NCBI GenBank assembly: GCA_964270895.1
Contig: OZ185437.1
From: Podarcis filfolensis
Lineage: Eukaryota
Direction: 5' to 3' (one strand)
Length of the DNA stretch: 64,000 nt
Shown: positions 48,269-61,513 of the stretch, piece by piece
Numbering within the stretch: position 1 is the stretch's first letter
How the letters are laid out: every line of letters starts with the position of its first letter
The notes under the pieces: generated by a model
The model's database searches: none
What the model was told of the DNA's origin: nothing
Seen by the model: the letters and a program-made list of their open reading frames with translations, nothing else
Program-made: the position numbers and the translations under genes

Positions 48269-49587
48269 TTATTATTTATACCCCGCCCATCTGGCTGGGC
48301 CTCCCCAGCCACTCTGGGCGGCTTCCATAGAAACCAAACTACAGTAAAATATCACACGTTAAAAACTTCCCTGAACAGGGCTGCCTTAAGATGTCTTCTG
48401 AATGTCAGGTAGTTGTTTATCGCTTTGACATCTGCTGGAAGGGCGTTCCACAGGGCGGGCGCCACTACCGAGAAGGCCCTCTGCCTGGTTCCCTGTAGCT
48501 TTGCTTCTCGCAATGAGGGAACCGCCAGAAGGCCCTCGGCGCTGGACCTCAGCGTCCGGGCAGAATGATGGGGGTGGAGACGCTCCTTCAGGTATACTGG
48601 ACCGAGGCCGTTTAGGGCTTTAAAGGTCAGCACCAACACTTTGAATTGTGCTCGGAAACGTACTGGGAGCCAATGTAGGTCTTTCAAGACTGGTGTTATA
48701 TGGTCTCGGCGGCCGCCCCCAGTCACCAGTCTAGCTGCCGCATTCTGGATTAGTTGTAGTTTCCGAGTCACCTTCAAAGGTAGCCCCACGTAGAGTGCAT
48801 TGCAGTAGTCCAAGCGGGAGATAACCAGAGCATGCACCACTCTGGCGAGACAGTCCGCAGGCAGATAGGGTCTCAGCCTACGTACCAGATGGAGCTGGTA
48901 AACAGCTGCCCTGGACACAGATTTGACCTGTGCCTCCATGGACAGCCGTGAGTCCAAAATGACTCCCAGGCTGCACACCTGGTCCTTCAGGGGCACAGTT
49001 ACCCCATTCAGGACCAGGGAATCCTCCACACCTGCCCGCCTCCTGTCCCCCAAAAACAGTACTTCTGTCTTGTCAGGATTCAACCTCAATCTGTTAGCCG
49101 CCATCCATCCTCCAACCGCCTCCAGACACTCACACAAGACCTTCACCGCCTTCACTGGTTCTGATTTAAAAGAGAGGTAGAGCTGGGTATCATCCGCATA
49201 CTGATGAACACCCAGTCCAAACCTCCTGATGATCTCTCCCAGCAGCTGCATGTAAATGTTGAAAAGCATGGGTGAGAGGACAGAACCCTGAGGCACCCCA
49301 CAAGTGAGAGCCCAGGGGTCTGAACACTCATCCCCCACCACCACTTTCTGAACATGGCCCAGGAGGAAGGAGCGGAACCACTGTATGACAGTGCCCCCAG
49401 CTCCCAGCCCCTCAAGACGGTCCAGAAGGATGTTATGGTCGATGGTATCAAACGCCGCTGAGAGATCCAGCAGAACTAGGAAACAGCTCTCACCTTTGTC
49501 CCTAGCCCGCCGGAGATCATCAACCAGTGCGACCAAGGCAGTTTCAGTCCCATGATGAGGCCTGAATCCCGACTGGAAGGGATTCAT
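48229..49587 (-). mobile_element. Young 5'-truncated L2/CR1-group LINE (RT domain to 3' tail)
   Basis: It has an uninterrupted ORF2 frame, a 3'UTR and a (TAT)n tail seen as (AAT)n at 48229..48267. Confidence 0.95.
48352..49587 (-). CDS. Truncated LINE ORF2 reverse transcriptase (411 aa, no internal stops)
   Basis: Motifs present are PFQSGFRPHHGTETAL, LLDLSAAFDTIDH, GVPQGSVLSPMLFNIYM, HQYADDTQLY and LRLNPDKTE. Confidence 0.85.
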   Translation of the reverse strand: MNPFQSGFRPHHGTETALVALVDDLRRARDKGESCFLVLLDLSAAFDTIDHNILLDRLEGLGAGGTVIQWFRSFLLGHVQKVVVGDECSDPWALTCGVPQGSVLSPMLFNIYMQLLGEIIRRFGLGVHQYADDTQLYLSFKSEPVKAVKVLCECLEAVGGWMAANRLRLNPDKTEVLFLGDRRRAGVEDSLVLNGVTVPLKDQVCSLGVILDSRLSMEAQVKSVSRAAVYQLHLVRRLRPYLPADCLARVVHALVISRLDYCNALYVGLPLKVTRKLQLIQNAAARLVTGGGRRDHITPVLKDLHWLPVRFRAQFKVLVLTFKALNGLGPVYLKERLHPHHSARTLRSSAEGLLAVPSLREAKLQGTRQRAFSVVAPALWNALPADVKAINNYLTFRRHLKAALFREVFNV

Positions 49588-50400
49588 TTATTTGAAAGGA
49601 GCCCAATTGAATCCAGTGGGATGCACTTCTAAGTAAACCTTTATAGGATTGGAAAATCTAATCTGAGGCAGCCATGAAAATTGAAACTCTTTCAACTGGA
49701 TCACCCAGAACACATTTCTCTTTAGCTTCACCCATGGCCCCCATGCAGCCCCAGATGGTTACCCCTAGGGGAATGCAGCCCTCAGCAAAAAGCAGGTTGC
49801 CTATTCTTGCTTGAATATATTATTGCTATTATTTTTAAAATGCTGTAATATAAAAACAATATAATAATAAAACACGTCACTCCTGGCAATGCCTTAGAAG
49901 GCAACATTGCACTGCTTATCTTTAACCCCCCATTTTAGGTCTCTGTTTCAAGCCCAAAGAGGTTCAGACCTCTGAAACTTCATGATGTTTCTAAATTTCT
50001 AGACCCTGCTGCTTAAAAGTAGCAAGAAATAGCTTATTACTACAAATCTAGTGCCAGAGAGTGCTGTGCAACCAACCGTAAACATTTTAAATTCAATTGC
50101 CCTTATGCAAGGAAAGTGTAGGAGACAATTAAATAAAAATCAATGGTCATACTTGGCGTGGTATTTTCCCCACAGGGTTTTGATTATAAAATGCAGCCCC
50201 GGCTAAGCAAATGTGCACCTTTGCGTTTTGTCCCCACCTCCTCCATGTTGCTGTTTTCCACTGATCTCCCTCAGATCTACTGCAATTGTGGAATAGAGCC
50301 ACATGGAAGCACGTGGGCTGGAATCTGAATGACAGCATGAGATTCTTTAGCAGTGCCTGCACAACTATCTATGCAGAATAATAAGCTGGTAGGAAGGGGG

Positions 50401-50754
50401 TAAAGGTAAAGGGACCCCTGACCATTAGGTCCAGTCGTGAAGGACTCTGGGGTTGCGGCGCTCATCTCGCTTTACTGGCCAAGGGAGCTGGCGTACAGCT
50501 TCCATGTCATGTGGCCAGCATGACTAAGCCGCTTCTGGCGAACCAGAGCAGTGCACAGAAATGCCGTTTACCATCCCGCCAGAGCGGTACCTATTTATCT
50601 ACTTGCACTTTGATGTGTTTTCAAACTGCTAGGTTGGCAGGAGCAGGGACCGAGCAATGGAAGCTCACCCCGTCACGGGGATTCAAACTGCCAACCTTCT
50701 GATCGGCAAGTCCTAGGCTCTATGGTTTAACCAACAGCGCCACCCGCGTCCCAT
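50401..50754 (-). mobile_element. Full-length Sauria SINE with TSD
   Basis: The tail reads TAAAGGTAAAGGG on the plus strand and the tRNA-like head is at the right end. The direct repeat GGAAGGGGG(T) flanks it at 50392 and 50755. Confidence 0.93.
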
Positions 50755-50961
50755 GGAAGGGGGTGGTTATTTTAAAAAGAAAAAAAGAAAAGAGGATGGG
50801 AGAATGGAAGACTTGCTTTTCATACATAGACCTGAACTTAGCACACAGCATTTCTTACAGAGTTCCATACCTTGTAGGCAATCTAGTACAACTTTTTCAC
50901 TACACATTTTATGGAAATATTAATATGGACAACTGTAATCAGAATCCAGATCATATATATT

Positions 50962-51153
50962 TAGGAATATAGGTTGCTGATTTATACTGAGTCCAACTAT
51001 TGGTCCTTCTAGCTTAGTACTGTCTGAGCTGATTGACAGTAGCTCTCTAGGATTTGAGGGAGGGTTCCCTCCAAGCCCTACCTGGAGATGCTGGGGATTG
51101 AAACTGGGACGTTCGGCTTGCAAAGCAGATGCTCTGTCGAAGGGCTGTGGTCC
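50962..51153 (-). mobile_element. Decayed squamate tRNA-derived SINE
   Basis: GGGGATTGAAACTGGGAC is a B-box-like motif, and the element is similar to 36169..36341. Confidence 0.6.
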
Positions 51154-53222
51154 TTAACTTGTTTTGTGCACACAAGCTGATCTACCCATGTTGCAGGCTA
51201 TTCCCTGCTTGGAAGTGGTTTCAGTGCAAAACCTTCCCCAACCTATTGCTTCCAGGTGTTTGGGACCAAAATGTGTGTAACTATGTAACTTTGCAACTAT
51301 CTGTCTGCAGGAATTTTCTGGGGAGTAACAAAATGGTAGATACCTCAAAAGGTGAGGACAGCCGGAGGAGAGCCTCATATACAAGAGATGATGGCCTAGC
51401 AGATATCTGGATCCTAACCCTTTTGGGTTTTAATGATCAACCGGAAATGATTCAGGAGCCACTGCAGATGTTTCATAATAAGCAAGACATCTTGCAGTCC
51501 GGCTCTGTTTGGCAACCAAGTTGCCACATTCTAGACAAGCTGCACTTTTCCTCAAATAATGTTCAATAATTTCATCAGGTCCAGGGAATTTGACCTAACC
51601 AGTTACTGCCAAACTTTTAAATTTCGCAAAAAGCAGAGGATCCTCTCAGTTCCGATCAAGACCACAGCACTGGGGAATTAATTCTTTCTCCCTCCGCCCT
51701 GTTTACCTGATTTAAAAAACCTGTTCTTACCCATCCCAAAGCTCTTATTAAAACACTTAAGTTTTTGTTTTTTCCTAATGGGCCAAATACTAGCTTTGAG
51801 GGGCAATTTTCATTTGGAAAACAGTGACATGAGAAAGTGCTTAAGTCCTCCTCTGATCTGCATTCCCATTCTAAACAGGGATGGTAGGGGCTACAGCTGC
51901 TTTTTTGCAAATATGTTAAGAGACCAGGGCAATCACAGATCTCCAGTGTATAATTTAGTTTGGCCCACATTCCATCTTAAAAACAATACCCATATCACAA
52001 GCCAGCAAGGAATGTTTCATTCACAGATGTTTGTTTCTGCAACTCCCATTCATTCCAACAGGGATTGTACATGAGATTCTCTATGGTGAGTTTTGCCTTA
52101 AATCTGATGGAAGTCCAACAACATCTGGAGGGTATCATATTGGTTACTTGCCATGGTTTCTGAAAAACCTGATCACAATATGCTAATACTTCCTAAATAT
52201 CAAGTCAATTTTTTTAGTAGCACAGAATATCAAAAATAAGATCTTTTGCATAATTCTGCTCCGATTGCTCCAATTATGCCTCTTTAATTATGTAAGCAGG
52301 GAGCACTGTTTTGAAAGATGCCATTGCATTCAGATTACAAGCACCCTGGATACCTGTCACTCCATGTGTCAGACCTACTGCACTCCCTGCAAGCCAGCTG
52401 TGAAGCAGAAGAGGAAACGACTAAAAATGAACACTAAAGCTCCTCACCAGTTGGTATCCCTCCACATTTTGTTAGATTGCTCCAGCTTTGTGCTTCCCCC
52501 CTGTGACATCAACTGTGAATTCACATTGTTTTCAAAATTGGAAACTAATTAGCACTCCATTGTGGCAGTAGGCAAGTTACCTCATTCATTACCGTACTAA
52601 ATGGCTTATTGCCAAGGGAACATTCAGAAGGGAGCCTTTCACATACAGTCCTGCTTGCACTCCTGCAGACATAGGACTGGAAGGGGTGGGTGTCAGGCAG
52701 AAAGGCTAAACAATAAATTAGGTTGCTTTGGCTCAGATTGAATGGATCAAAGGTGAACTGTAACCAAACTAGGTGCAGGTAGGAGAACCTCTAATTCCAA
52801 TGGGACACAAACACATCCCTTGTCAGTGTGGTTAGGTCATGGGCTTTGGGCATGAGAACTCCTTCTTCCCTCTTCTTACTTGTGAGGAGTTGATAGAGGA
52901 ATAAAAATGCCTTCCTATTCTGGGCAATGGCTTGTGGACATGACTAGAAGAAAGAGAGGAAGCCCCCCATGGCTGTCTGATCCCAGCATATTAGCTTCCA
53001 CAGAGAAGCTATATCATGGGCCCTCATGTGATTCATGTGATTTTCCCGGGAACATTCGCATTAGCAGAATTTTCAATTTCTACTGAATTCTCAAATCTCT
53101 CTCATATCGGTCACTACAGCCACAGCAGGCGCTGTAACTCTCCAACAGTTTGATTTTGCCCACAAAGGGGCCCCCTGAGACAGATGGATGCCAACAACAA
53201 TAATACATAATACATCATCAGT

Positions 53223-53540
53223 GCGACATTCCAGGGGCTCTAGGGGGTTTACCCAGGACCTGGTTTCCATGGAAAGAGGAACAGCAGAGACTGTGGAGTC
53301 TTTATGAAATATGGTTTATTTAAACATATATACAACCCGAGCCTTTGATTAACATCTTGCTTTTCCCATAACCACACCCTTGGATTCCAGCAGAAATCAG
53401 TCATGGCTCTTTCTGCATTCCCAGCCTGCTGCCTTGCTTCCAGCTTCTAGGTTAAATAACTCAACTCTCAACTCTACCTTCATCTTTCTAACTACCAGTA
53501 AGTTGAGGAATGGGGAAACATCCATCTGCCCTCTGACATC
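53223..53540 (-). mobile_element. Possible solo-LTR fragment
   Basis: A TTTATT polyA-signal antisense sits in an LTR-like context and the segment ends in TGACA. No TSD was found. Confidence 0.3.
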
Positions 53541-53560
53541 TGCTACCAAAATGACCCATA

Positions 53561-53805
53561 CAGTGGTACCTCGGGTTACAGATGCTTCAGGTTACAGACA
53601 CTTCAGGTTACAGACTCCGCTAACCCAGAAATAGTACCTCGGGTTAAGAACTTTGCTTCAGGATAAGAACAGAAATCGTGCTTTGGTGGCACAGCAGCAG
53701 CAGTGGGAGGCCCCATTAGCTAAAGTGGTACCTCAGGTTAAGAACAGTTTCAGGTTATGAACGGACCTCCAGAACGAATTAAGTTCTTAACCCGAGGTAC
53801 CACTG
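53561..53805 (+). mobile_element. Complete Tc1/mariner (pogo/Tigger-like) MITE, 245 bp
   Basis: It has perfect 18-bp TIRs CAGTGGTACCTCGGGTTA / TAACCCGAGGTACCACTG and a TA TSD on both sides. Confidence 0.93.
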
Positions 53806-56536
53806 TACTTGGAGCCATTACCTCACCAGGAAGTTAGCCTGGCTATTCCAAGAATTTGATTATTGCTTAGATTTTAGCACTTGCTGGATCCAAGAATTTG
53901 AAGTGTCTCAGCATACAATCTACGCGCATGCCCCCGCAAAAAAACACAACTCATAACACTGTGTTGACTCACAAGTCCCACTGTGTTCAGTGGGGATTCC
54001 TTCCAAGTTAGTGTGTGCAGGGTTGAAGTGGTAATGTCACAAAAGGGCCCAAAGGTTGGTTTGTAGTTCATGTGTGATATTTTGTGCTGACATAGCTCCA
54101 CTGAATTCAATTTCCAAGATAATATCTACCCAGGTCCCAAAGGCTCAAACCACCCATGTTTCACTCATTCAGAAATTTGTGCCAGAAATGCCTCCAAACA
54201 ATGACATTTTTACTTTCACCACAGTATTCATTATGTTGTCCCTACCACTTTAGTGTAGCAATGACAAAATATAGTTTTCCTATTTGGATACCAATTTCCA
54301 TTCTCACTGCTTCCTTATGGCTTCAGGCAGAATGAAAGGTATAAGTCAAGCAGCAGCACAAGCTCTAATATGATCAGGGTTCCAACTCCATACACGGGGA
54401 AATTATGAAGGCTGCTTTTAGACACCAGACTGAATTATTTCCCAAGAAATTCATTGCCACCCTCTCTCTGTCCTTTGTCCCATGGTGGTATAACCCTGTA
54501 CTTTTATTCAAGTACAGATTATTCTGAAATGTATTGCTTTTCATAAGAGTGACTGATTGTCAGAGGTCTTTACATTCATTGACAGTCTTTCCTTGAATTT
54601 CTTTTTCTCCATCCATCCACAACCCCATTTTCTCTAGGTGTTTAAGAAGCTCTCTTTCTAACACTCCATCTGTTTCAATCAGCTTTTTGGTGAAACTGTC
54701 CTCTAATTTTATATTCGTATGCCTGTCTGCTTTTTTTCAACTTTCAGTTGCCGTTTTTTCTGCAGTTCTCCTGCTGTGATACTATCCAAAGACCCACACC
54801 CAATGACCATGTGGGGGCAGGACCAGGATACTGCCCACTGGTCCACTTCTCTGTGCTATCTTTTGAATAAAGTGTACATGGCATAGGCTTTATTCAGAGC
54901 TCCAGGGGAGCATGCAGGGGTCAGGCGTAGTCCATACCTACACAAGCATACACACATTCATTGAACAGAGACAAACAGTGTTATCCATTATCAGGAGCCC
55001 AACCATGCCCAATTTCTTCCATGCTCTCAGATGGTGCCCAAATGCCCCACCACCCCATGTTTACAAATGGAAGACATACCATGAGAGCCAATCCAACTAT
55101 AGTTTTAGTCCAGTCAGGCTCAAATGCAGCACCTGGCATGGTGGAGCAAATGCCAAGGCCCATTGCTACTGACACTGCCCAACTTTTATATGAATAAAAT
55201 TGCCTTTTTTCCAACAGCTCAGCACCACAAAGAGAAGCAAACAGGTTACCCCAAAGCCATTCTCGTGGAATCGCTTGATGCTTCTCTTTTCAGCATTGGA
55301 CTGCTAGCCACATCTTGTCCCTGCTGCTGCCTGATGTGGCAGCAACATCCGCTCTGCTACACCCTGGTGAGCAGCTTGTTCACACCTGGATTCTCTTCAG
55401 TGTGAAGCCTCATTCATGGAACAGGCAAAATGTCAGATAAGAGAGTGCAGATGAGCATGAACAACATAAACTCAGTGAGGAGTTTCAGCAGCCATCTAGA
55501 TTAGGGTACACGGATCAGAAAGTACAGCTTCCAGGATGACTTGTCACTTATCCCACCCTTCTTCCACCCACCCTCACCAACCAAAGAAAAAAAAAGTTAA
55601 CCAGTTCCCAACACCTTGATATAAAATGTTCTATATTTAAAGTATCCAAGCCAGAGAAATGGTTGTCCAAGCTTTTATCCTCTAAAAGAGGATATTCTGC
55701 ATCAAGCTGATCTCTAGGAACTCAGGCGGCTCCCACCCTCTATTCAGATTGGCTTTTTCAGGATGTTGTTGTCTGATTCTAGTGGAGCAGACTTAGACCT
55801 TCTGAGATACAGGGAGCATACCTATCAGGCATGAATATATTCAGTTAGCATAGAATTTCTGGTTCCTCGTGTCAAACCCAGCTTTTAACATTATTCTTCT
55901 TCACTTCAAACTGCATCTGATACTTTCTTTGTTGAACCTTCAGCATGTTCTGCCTTAGGGTTTTGAACTCCAGAGCCCCCTTGAGGTGTGAGCCTTTGAG
56001 CCATTCCTTATATCAGTACTGGAGACTACTGAGGCTTCCTACAATATCTGCTTGGTAGCCCCCTGCCTTGCCTAATCCTGTCTAGTCCTAATTCCAGGCC
56101 TCGTTTTATCTTAAACTCATAGGTCCTGATCTTGGCTACTTCCTTTTCCTCAGCCCTGATCATAATCCTATGTATCTGCTCCAATTGTAATTTCTTTATT
56201 AAAAAGCCTTTTTAATGTTCCTTTGCGAGCTTTCTTTGCAAAGGCTCATATTCCTTAAGCCAGCTTTGTCTTATGGATCCTTGCCAGACAGTCCCTTCCG
56301 GGAATACATATATTATTTAGCATAGGCAACAACGTCATTCCTATACTTTCCAAGTGGACAAGGTAGCTCCAAGGCTTGAAACTACACTCCGCTACATCTG
56401 ATGCTCTCAGTGGCATCAGATACAGCCCCACACCATGGGGGCTACAAGATTGAAAACATGTCTGGGCAACAAGTACATACTGTATATTCTGTCTTATTAT
56501 TTTATATTGTGTAGCACAGGAGTCACCAGTGCGGTA

Positions 56537-56657
56537 GCCTCAAGAAGTAGCTTGACTCCAGCTTCCATCATCCCTGATCACTTGCCATGCTGGCTAGGGC
56601 TGATAGGAGATGGAGTCCAGCAACTTCTGGAGGGTATTGTATTGACAACCCCTGGTG
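56537..56657. mobile_element. Decayed short hAT-like MITE
   Basis: The body GACTCCAGCTTCCATCATCCC...GGAGTCCAGCAACTTCTGGAGGG is shared with 58443 and 58985. Confidence 0.5.
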
Positions 56658-57415
56658 TAGTAGATAGATATTCACTAGGAAAATCAAGATTCAATCAAGA
56701 TTCTTAAATGAGAAAGCCCAATGGCTGAGTGTTGGCTAGTCATTATCTCTCAGCCCAGTCTATCTCTCAGAGTTGCTGTTAAGTATAAAAGTTGTATTGC
56801 TCTTACCTCCTTGAAGCAAGGGCAAGATAAAATTAAAATAAATATTTTGTTGTAAGCTGCCTTATGGGCCATTTTTAAAGCTGGGAATGAAAATGATAAT
56901 GGCAATAACAGAACAATTTGCTGTGGCTCTTCACCATTCCCATTGGTGACATCTGCATAACATCAGAACGCTGCCATTCTTCCTGAGCAGTCAGACATGA
57001 AACAAGATATTAACAACTGGTGGCTGCTCTGGTAAAGCATGTACATATGAGAACGATGGAGAATATATATATAAGCTGAAAGAGATAGTTGAAGATTCAG
57101 CACCACCCATCTAAAACATTTTTGAGCTAGAAAGCATAGTAATAAGGTAGTTTGTATGGATTACGCCCTACCTCCAGAGCTGATGCAGTTGCTTTCACTC
57201 AAACATTTGACAGAGTGCTGAAGTCAATCATCCCAGCAAATAACATTTTTTTCTGAATATATATGCATGTGTATAAATAGTAAGGAGGGGTTATCTAGGT
57301 GCTTATATGGTTTGGTTCTGATGTATACGAGATTTTACTTGTTTATTTATTTTGGTCCAGTGTCTATCCCAAACAAGCATAACAGATTGGAATAGGTGAC
57401 AACAAACGAAAAACC

Positions 57416-57890
57416 TGTCCTGAGCACACACAACCCAAGAAGGGCAAATGGTCAGTTGTTTAATTCTTTATTGACAAAGCACACACTGACAGTAGCTCCT
57501 AAGATGCACTAAACATGCACACACATGCTTCCGGCAACTAAATATCTGGCATGCCCTCCCCAGGCCTGTGCTCCAAGCTGCACTGCTGGAGCAACAGCAG
57601 GACCATGCCTCCCCACAAATTTAAGTACCCTTGTCTGACGGGGTGCATGCAAGCAATTCATGACTTCTCTTACAAGGAGGGTGTCACTGTGTCTGCCTCT
57701 TCAAATCCCTCCTGGTCTTGGGGGACAGTGGGGAAGGGGACGAAGGCAATTCTACTGCACCCTCTCTCAGGCACAGTGCTCCTGGTGTGTCCTGCCCTTC
57801 TTTCAGGCCTGGCTCCTGCCCCGCATACTGCACCCCCACCCCTGTCCCCGACTGCTCAGACTCTTCCAGCCCTGGCTCCTGCTTCACAGG
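57416..57890 (-). mobile_element. Possible solo LTR related to the 61514 element
   Basis: It has an antisense AATAAA (CTTTATT) near 57468 and a GC-rich body with CCTGGCTCCTGC repeats. The termini are uncertain. Confidence 0.35.
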
Positions 57891-58442
57891 AGGCACAAAA
57901 GCCCTTAAATCACCATTCCCTTCCTCTGGATCAATCTTTGGCCTTTACCACACACTCTTAGGAGCCCTGCCAGTCCCTGGCTACACTAGGCTATTCCAAA
58001 CCAGTTCTACTCCAACAGAAACCTCTCATAATTGGATGTCTTCTTACAGTATTTTGGACTTTTCAGGCCTCTGTAAGAAAGGAGCTCTACAGCTGTGGGT
58101 TCAGCCACTAATAATACATCCATTTCAGGGCTCTCTGGGATGGGAGGTTTTCATGTTTCATCAGAGTGGGCCTATTACACGAAAAAGAAAAATTGGTTTC
58201 CCCATGCAACCAAGGAAAAGCAAATAAAGATCCTTTCCCTTGTCATGTCCACAGCTGCACAAGGCAGCAGGCTGACTAAATATTTAAAAGGGGGAGAGAG
58301 CAGGATCACATGGACACTGACATCCCCTAACATAAAATATTCAGAAAGAAGTGTATAGGAAAGAGGCTGTTACCAGCATGCATGCAAAAATCCAAGAGTA
58401 GAATTCTCATCTCTCCCAGCAACACTTCTCACCTCTTTAGAT

Positions 58443-58571
58443 CAGGGGTGAGGAAAGTGTGGCCTCCAGATGTTGTTCAGATCCCATTAGCCCAGCCAGC
58501 ACAGTCAATGGTCAGGGATTATGGGAATTGTTGTCTAACAGCATCTTAAGGGCCACAGGTTCCATAGTCTT
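58443..58571. mobile_element. Decayed short hAT-like MITE
   Basis: The ends read CAGGGGTGAGGAAAGTGTGGCC ... GGCCACAGGTTCCATAGTCTTG. Confidence 0.55.
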
Positions 58572-58984
58572 GCTTTAAGGAGATGAGTCTCATGCTTTGA
58601 GGACTTTATGGAGTTCTCATATATGCATGTTAGTAACTTCACGGATTTTTAAAAAATGATCCAATGAATGGATAATGGATAATTGAATCTGCCCCGCAAA
58701 TAGAAACTTCTTTCTGCACTCAATTTTTTTGCTCTATCTTGAGCTGAATGTTTGGGGGAAAGCATTCCCTCTTACTGGTCCTTTAATTTTACTGATGCAG
58801 AACATTCTCTTCTTAACAAGTGAGAACCCACAAGAATTTCCTTATCAGCCCTTCAGATTTTGTTGGATTATGCCTTCCACCATTGCTGGCTATGCTGAAT
58901 GTGGTTGCTGGAAGATGAAGCCTAACAACACCTGGTGGTTCACAGGCCCCCCATCCTTGAGTTATAATCTAGACCACATTTAGA

Positions 58985-59110
58985 CAGTGTGGTGTCTTCC
59001 AAATGTTGTGGACTACAATAGCCATAATCCTCATTCATTGGCCATGTTGGTTGGAGCCAATGGGGATTACAGCCCAAAATATCTGGAAGGCACCACATTG
59101 GTTATCACCA
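58985..59110. mobile_element. Decayed short hAT-like MITE
   Basis: It has the same body motif (GGACTACAA...ATCTGGAAGGCACCAC) as neighbouring copies. Confidence 0.5.
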
Positions 59111-61513
59111 CACTATTCTAGACTTTAACATTCACAGATAGAAATCCAGTTTGGTATGCTAGTAGGTAAAGTAATTATGAGATGTTTTTAAGTGAGAGTG
59201 AAGCAGTTGCTGCAAGATACAGATCCAAATCTAATCTTTCTTCTGTTGCTTGTGCAAATAAAGCCAAGTCCATTCTGATCTCTGGTTGCAAATCAAAACA
59301 GGAAAAAATGAAACTTTTACTGATTTGCACATCCATGCAAAAGGACTGATCCCATTCTTATTCAAATAGACACACCATGGGCATCACTGGATTTACTTCT
59401 GCTATGTTGACATTTTATGGATGATCAGATTCAGATTGGCTATCACAAACCTTTATCTCCTGATTTCATGGAAGGAAATGAAATCAAAGCTCTTGATTCC
59501 CAACTGGCAACATCTTATGATGCAGCCATGTTGCTGGGCCAGCACACAAATCTTTTTAAAGTAAACTGTTGACTGATCTACACACTTGACCTCTTTAAGG
59601 AAAGGTGTTTTGTGAGAGCATTATGGTCCTGATCTCAAAGTGCAGAAGTAGCTTTGGGGATAGTTTCATTGCAACTACCACCTTCCCCTTCCCACAATGG
59701 CTACAGCCAGAAGCAACAAAAGAGAAGGAGGTGTATAGTCTGCTGGCAAATCACATTTATAAAGTGAACAAAATGTGTTCATTTGTGCCCTTTGGTATTT
59801 GAAACTGCATGTATTCTCAGGAACCCCACTGTTCAAACTAGTTCCACCTTTAAGACAGTTCACTATGGACAAAGGTGATTGAACAGTTTACTGAAAAAGC
59901 AGAGGCACACCCTAACCAGGAAATCCCACATACTTTCTGTAGTGTACAGTGGTGCTAAACTGTAATCACAAGCAATTGTCTCAGATATGGCTGTGATGCT
60001 CCAGTTGCTATCCAGGCTGACTCCTATGGAGCTGTCCACAGTGCTGAACAAGCAGCTTGCAAGAAATACTTGTGGTGTTGAATCCACAGCTGTGTGAAGC
60101 TGGTGATATAATGTAATAATGATTCTGGCATTGCTGCTTTGAGAGTGTCCCTTTTACCACTGCATGTCTGTGGCAAATCAGGAGCAGCTGAGAAAACAAA
60201 ACATGATTTTGCATGTAATCAGGAGTCAAAATAAAATAGTCATTCTGGTATGCACAACAGGGCAATAAGTGATAACTGTGCCAACCTGGGCAAATCAATC
60301 TATTTCCAGTCTCTGACACTTTCACATATGAAGGTGTGGATGAGATCAGTTCATATCAGAATTTTCAAGGACTGGATTCCATATGGAAACCTAATTGTAT
60401 TTACAGGTCACTGAGCACACCCTGTAAGTTGACTGTACAGCCCTAGCAGGCAACACGTTTCAAAAGGTATTTTGAACTGATCCAGGGCTGAAAGGCAGAA
60501 ACACTGGCCCCAGCCATTGGCACACAAATCAATACACAAGCAAAAGACTCTTAACCCTCTTCTTTTCCTGCATGGACAGAAACAGAGGCCTTGGTCAGGG
60601 ACCTTCCTGCATAATTCAGTCCAGTCATTCTTTTCAGGACTGAATTCATGTCCAGTTCTTATGTGGACAGCAGACAGCAACAAGGGTATTTCCCAAGTTC
60701 TTCACTTATGTGTCAATCCTGTTTTCTTGAAATCATAATAAAAAAAGAATCTTTTTTCAAGCATTTTCCACTTTTGCTCACAATAATCAGCCCAAGCCCA
60801 AATCAAGTCTGGGGAAGTTTTCACACCTCTAGTTTAAATACTGAGCTCAGGGCCAGAGATAAGCATTGATGAGCACCTGCTAAGGCCCATGCCCGTAAAG
60901 GGCCCCCCACTATTTCTGTCTCCAACCTCATGGTCCTCTTGCTTCTCTTCCTTAAAATCACCACCTGTTCACCTACCATCTCCAAGCATACAAACTTGAA
61001 CACAGGCAAGGAGATAGAGCAGCATTCTCCACTTCCCTTATGCTCCTTCCCCCCAAAAAAGAGTTGTGTAGATTGGGTTAGAGGGAGAGACAGGGCAAAT
61101 GAGTGGACTGTGCTGCCTTGGAGAAGAAGAAGACATCCCACAAGAGAGGGACCTCAATGACCACACCTTGTCTAAGGGTCCTTCAAAACCTGTAGTTTGT
61201 ACAGTGGCGCTGGCTGAGTCTGATGAAATTTTAGTATAAAGCATGATGACAACAAGTTGGTGAAGGCTGGTTTGTGGCTTTGCATACAGTTATGAATCCA
61301 TTGCTCTATACACATCCAATGTAAATAATGTATGGCATATGAAACATAAACATTTTGAACTATAAGCCAACTATGTTGATCCACTGAATAGGCTACAAGC
61401 CATGGAGAAGCTCATATAAAAGGAAATGTTGCACGTCAGGCTTGATGGTCACTTGAGTGTTGATTGCTACCTGACAGCCAAAATGGAGCAATGAAAGATG
61501 TCAAATTAGGTTG

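Noticed and set aside
48165-48347. ORF with a poly-Ile run
   Set aside because: It is a translation of the (AAT)n LINE tail.
60407-60423. Plus-strand 17-nt microexon (TTTACAG|GTCACTGAGCACACCCT|GTAAGT)
   Set aside because: The splice signals are good but it has no phase-compatible partners. It shows how often such signals occur by chance, which is why all exon calls here are low confidence.
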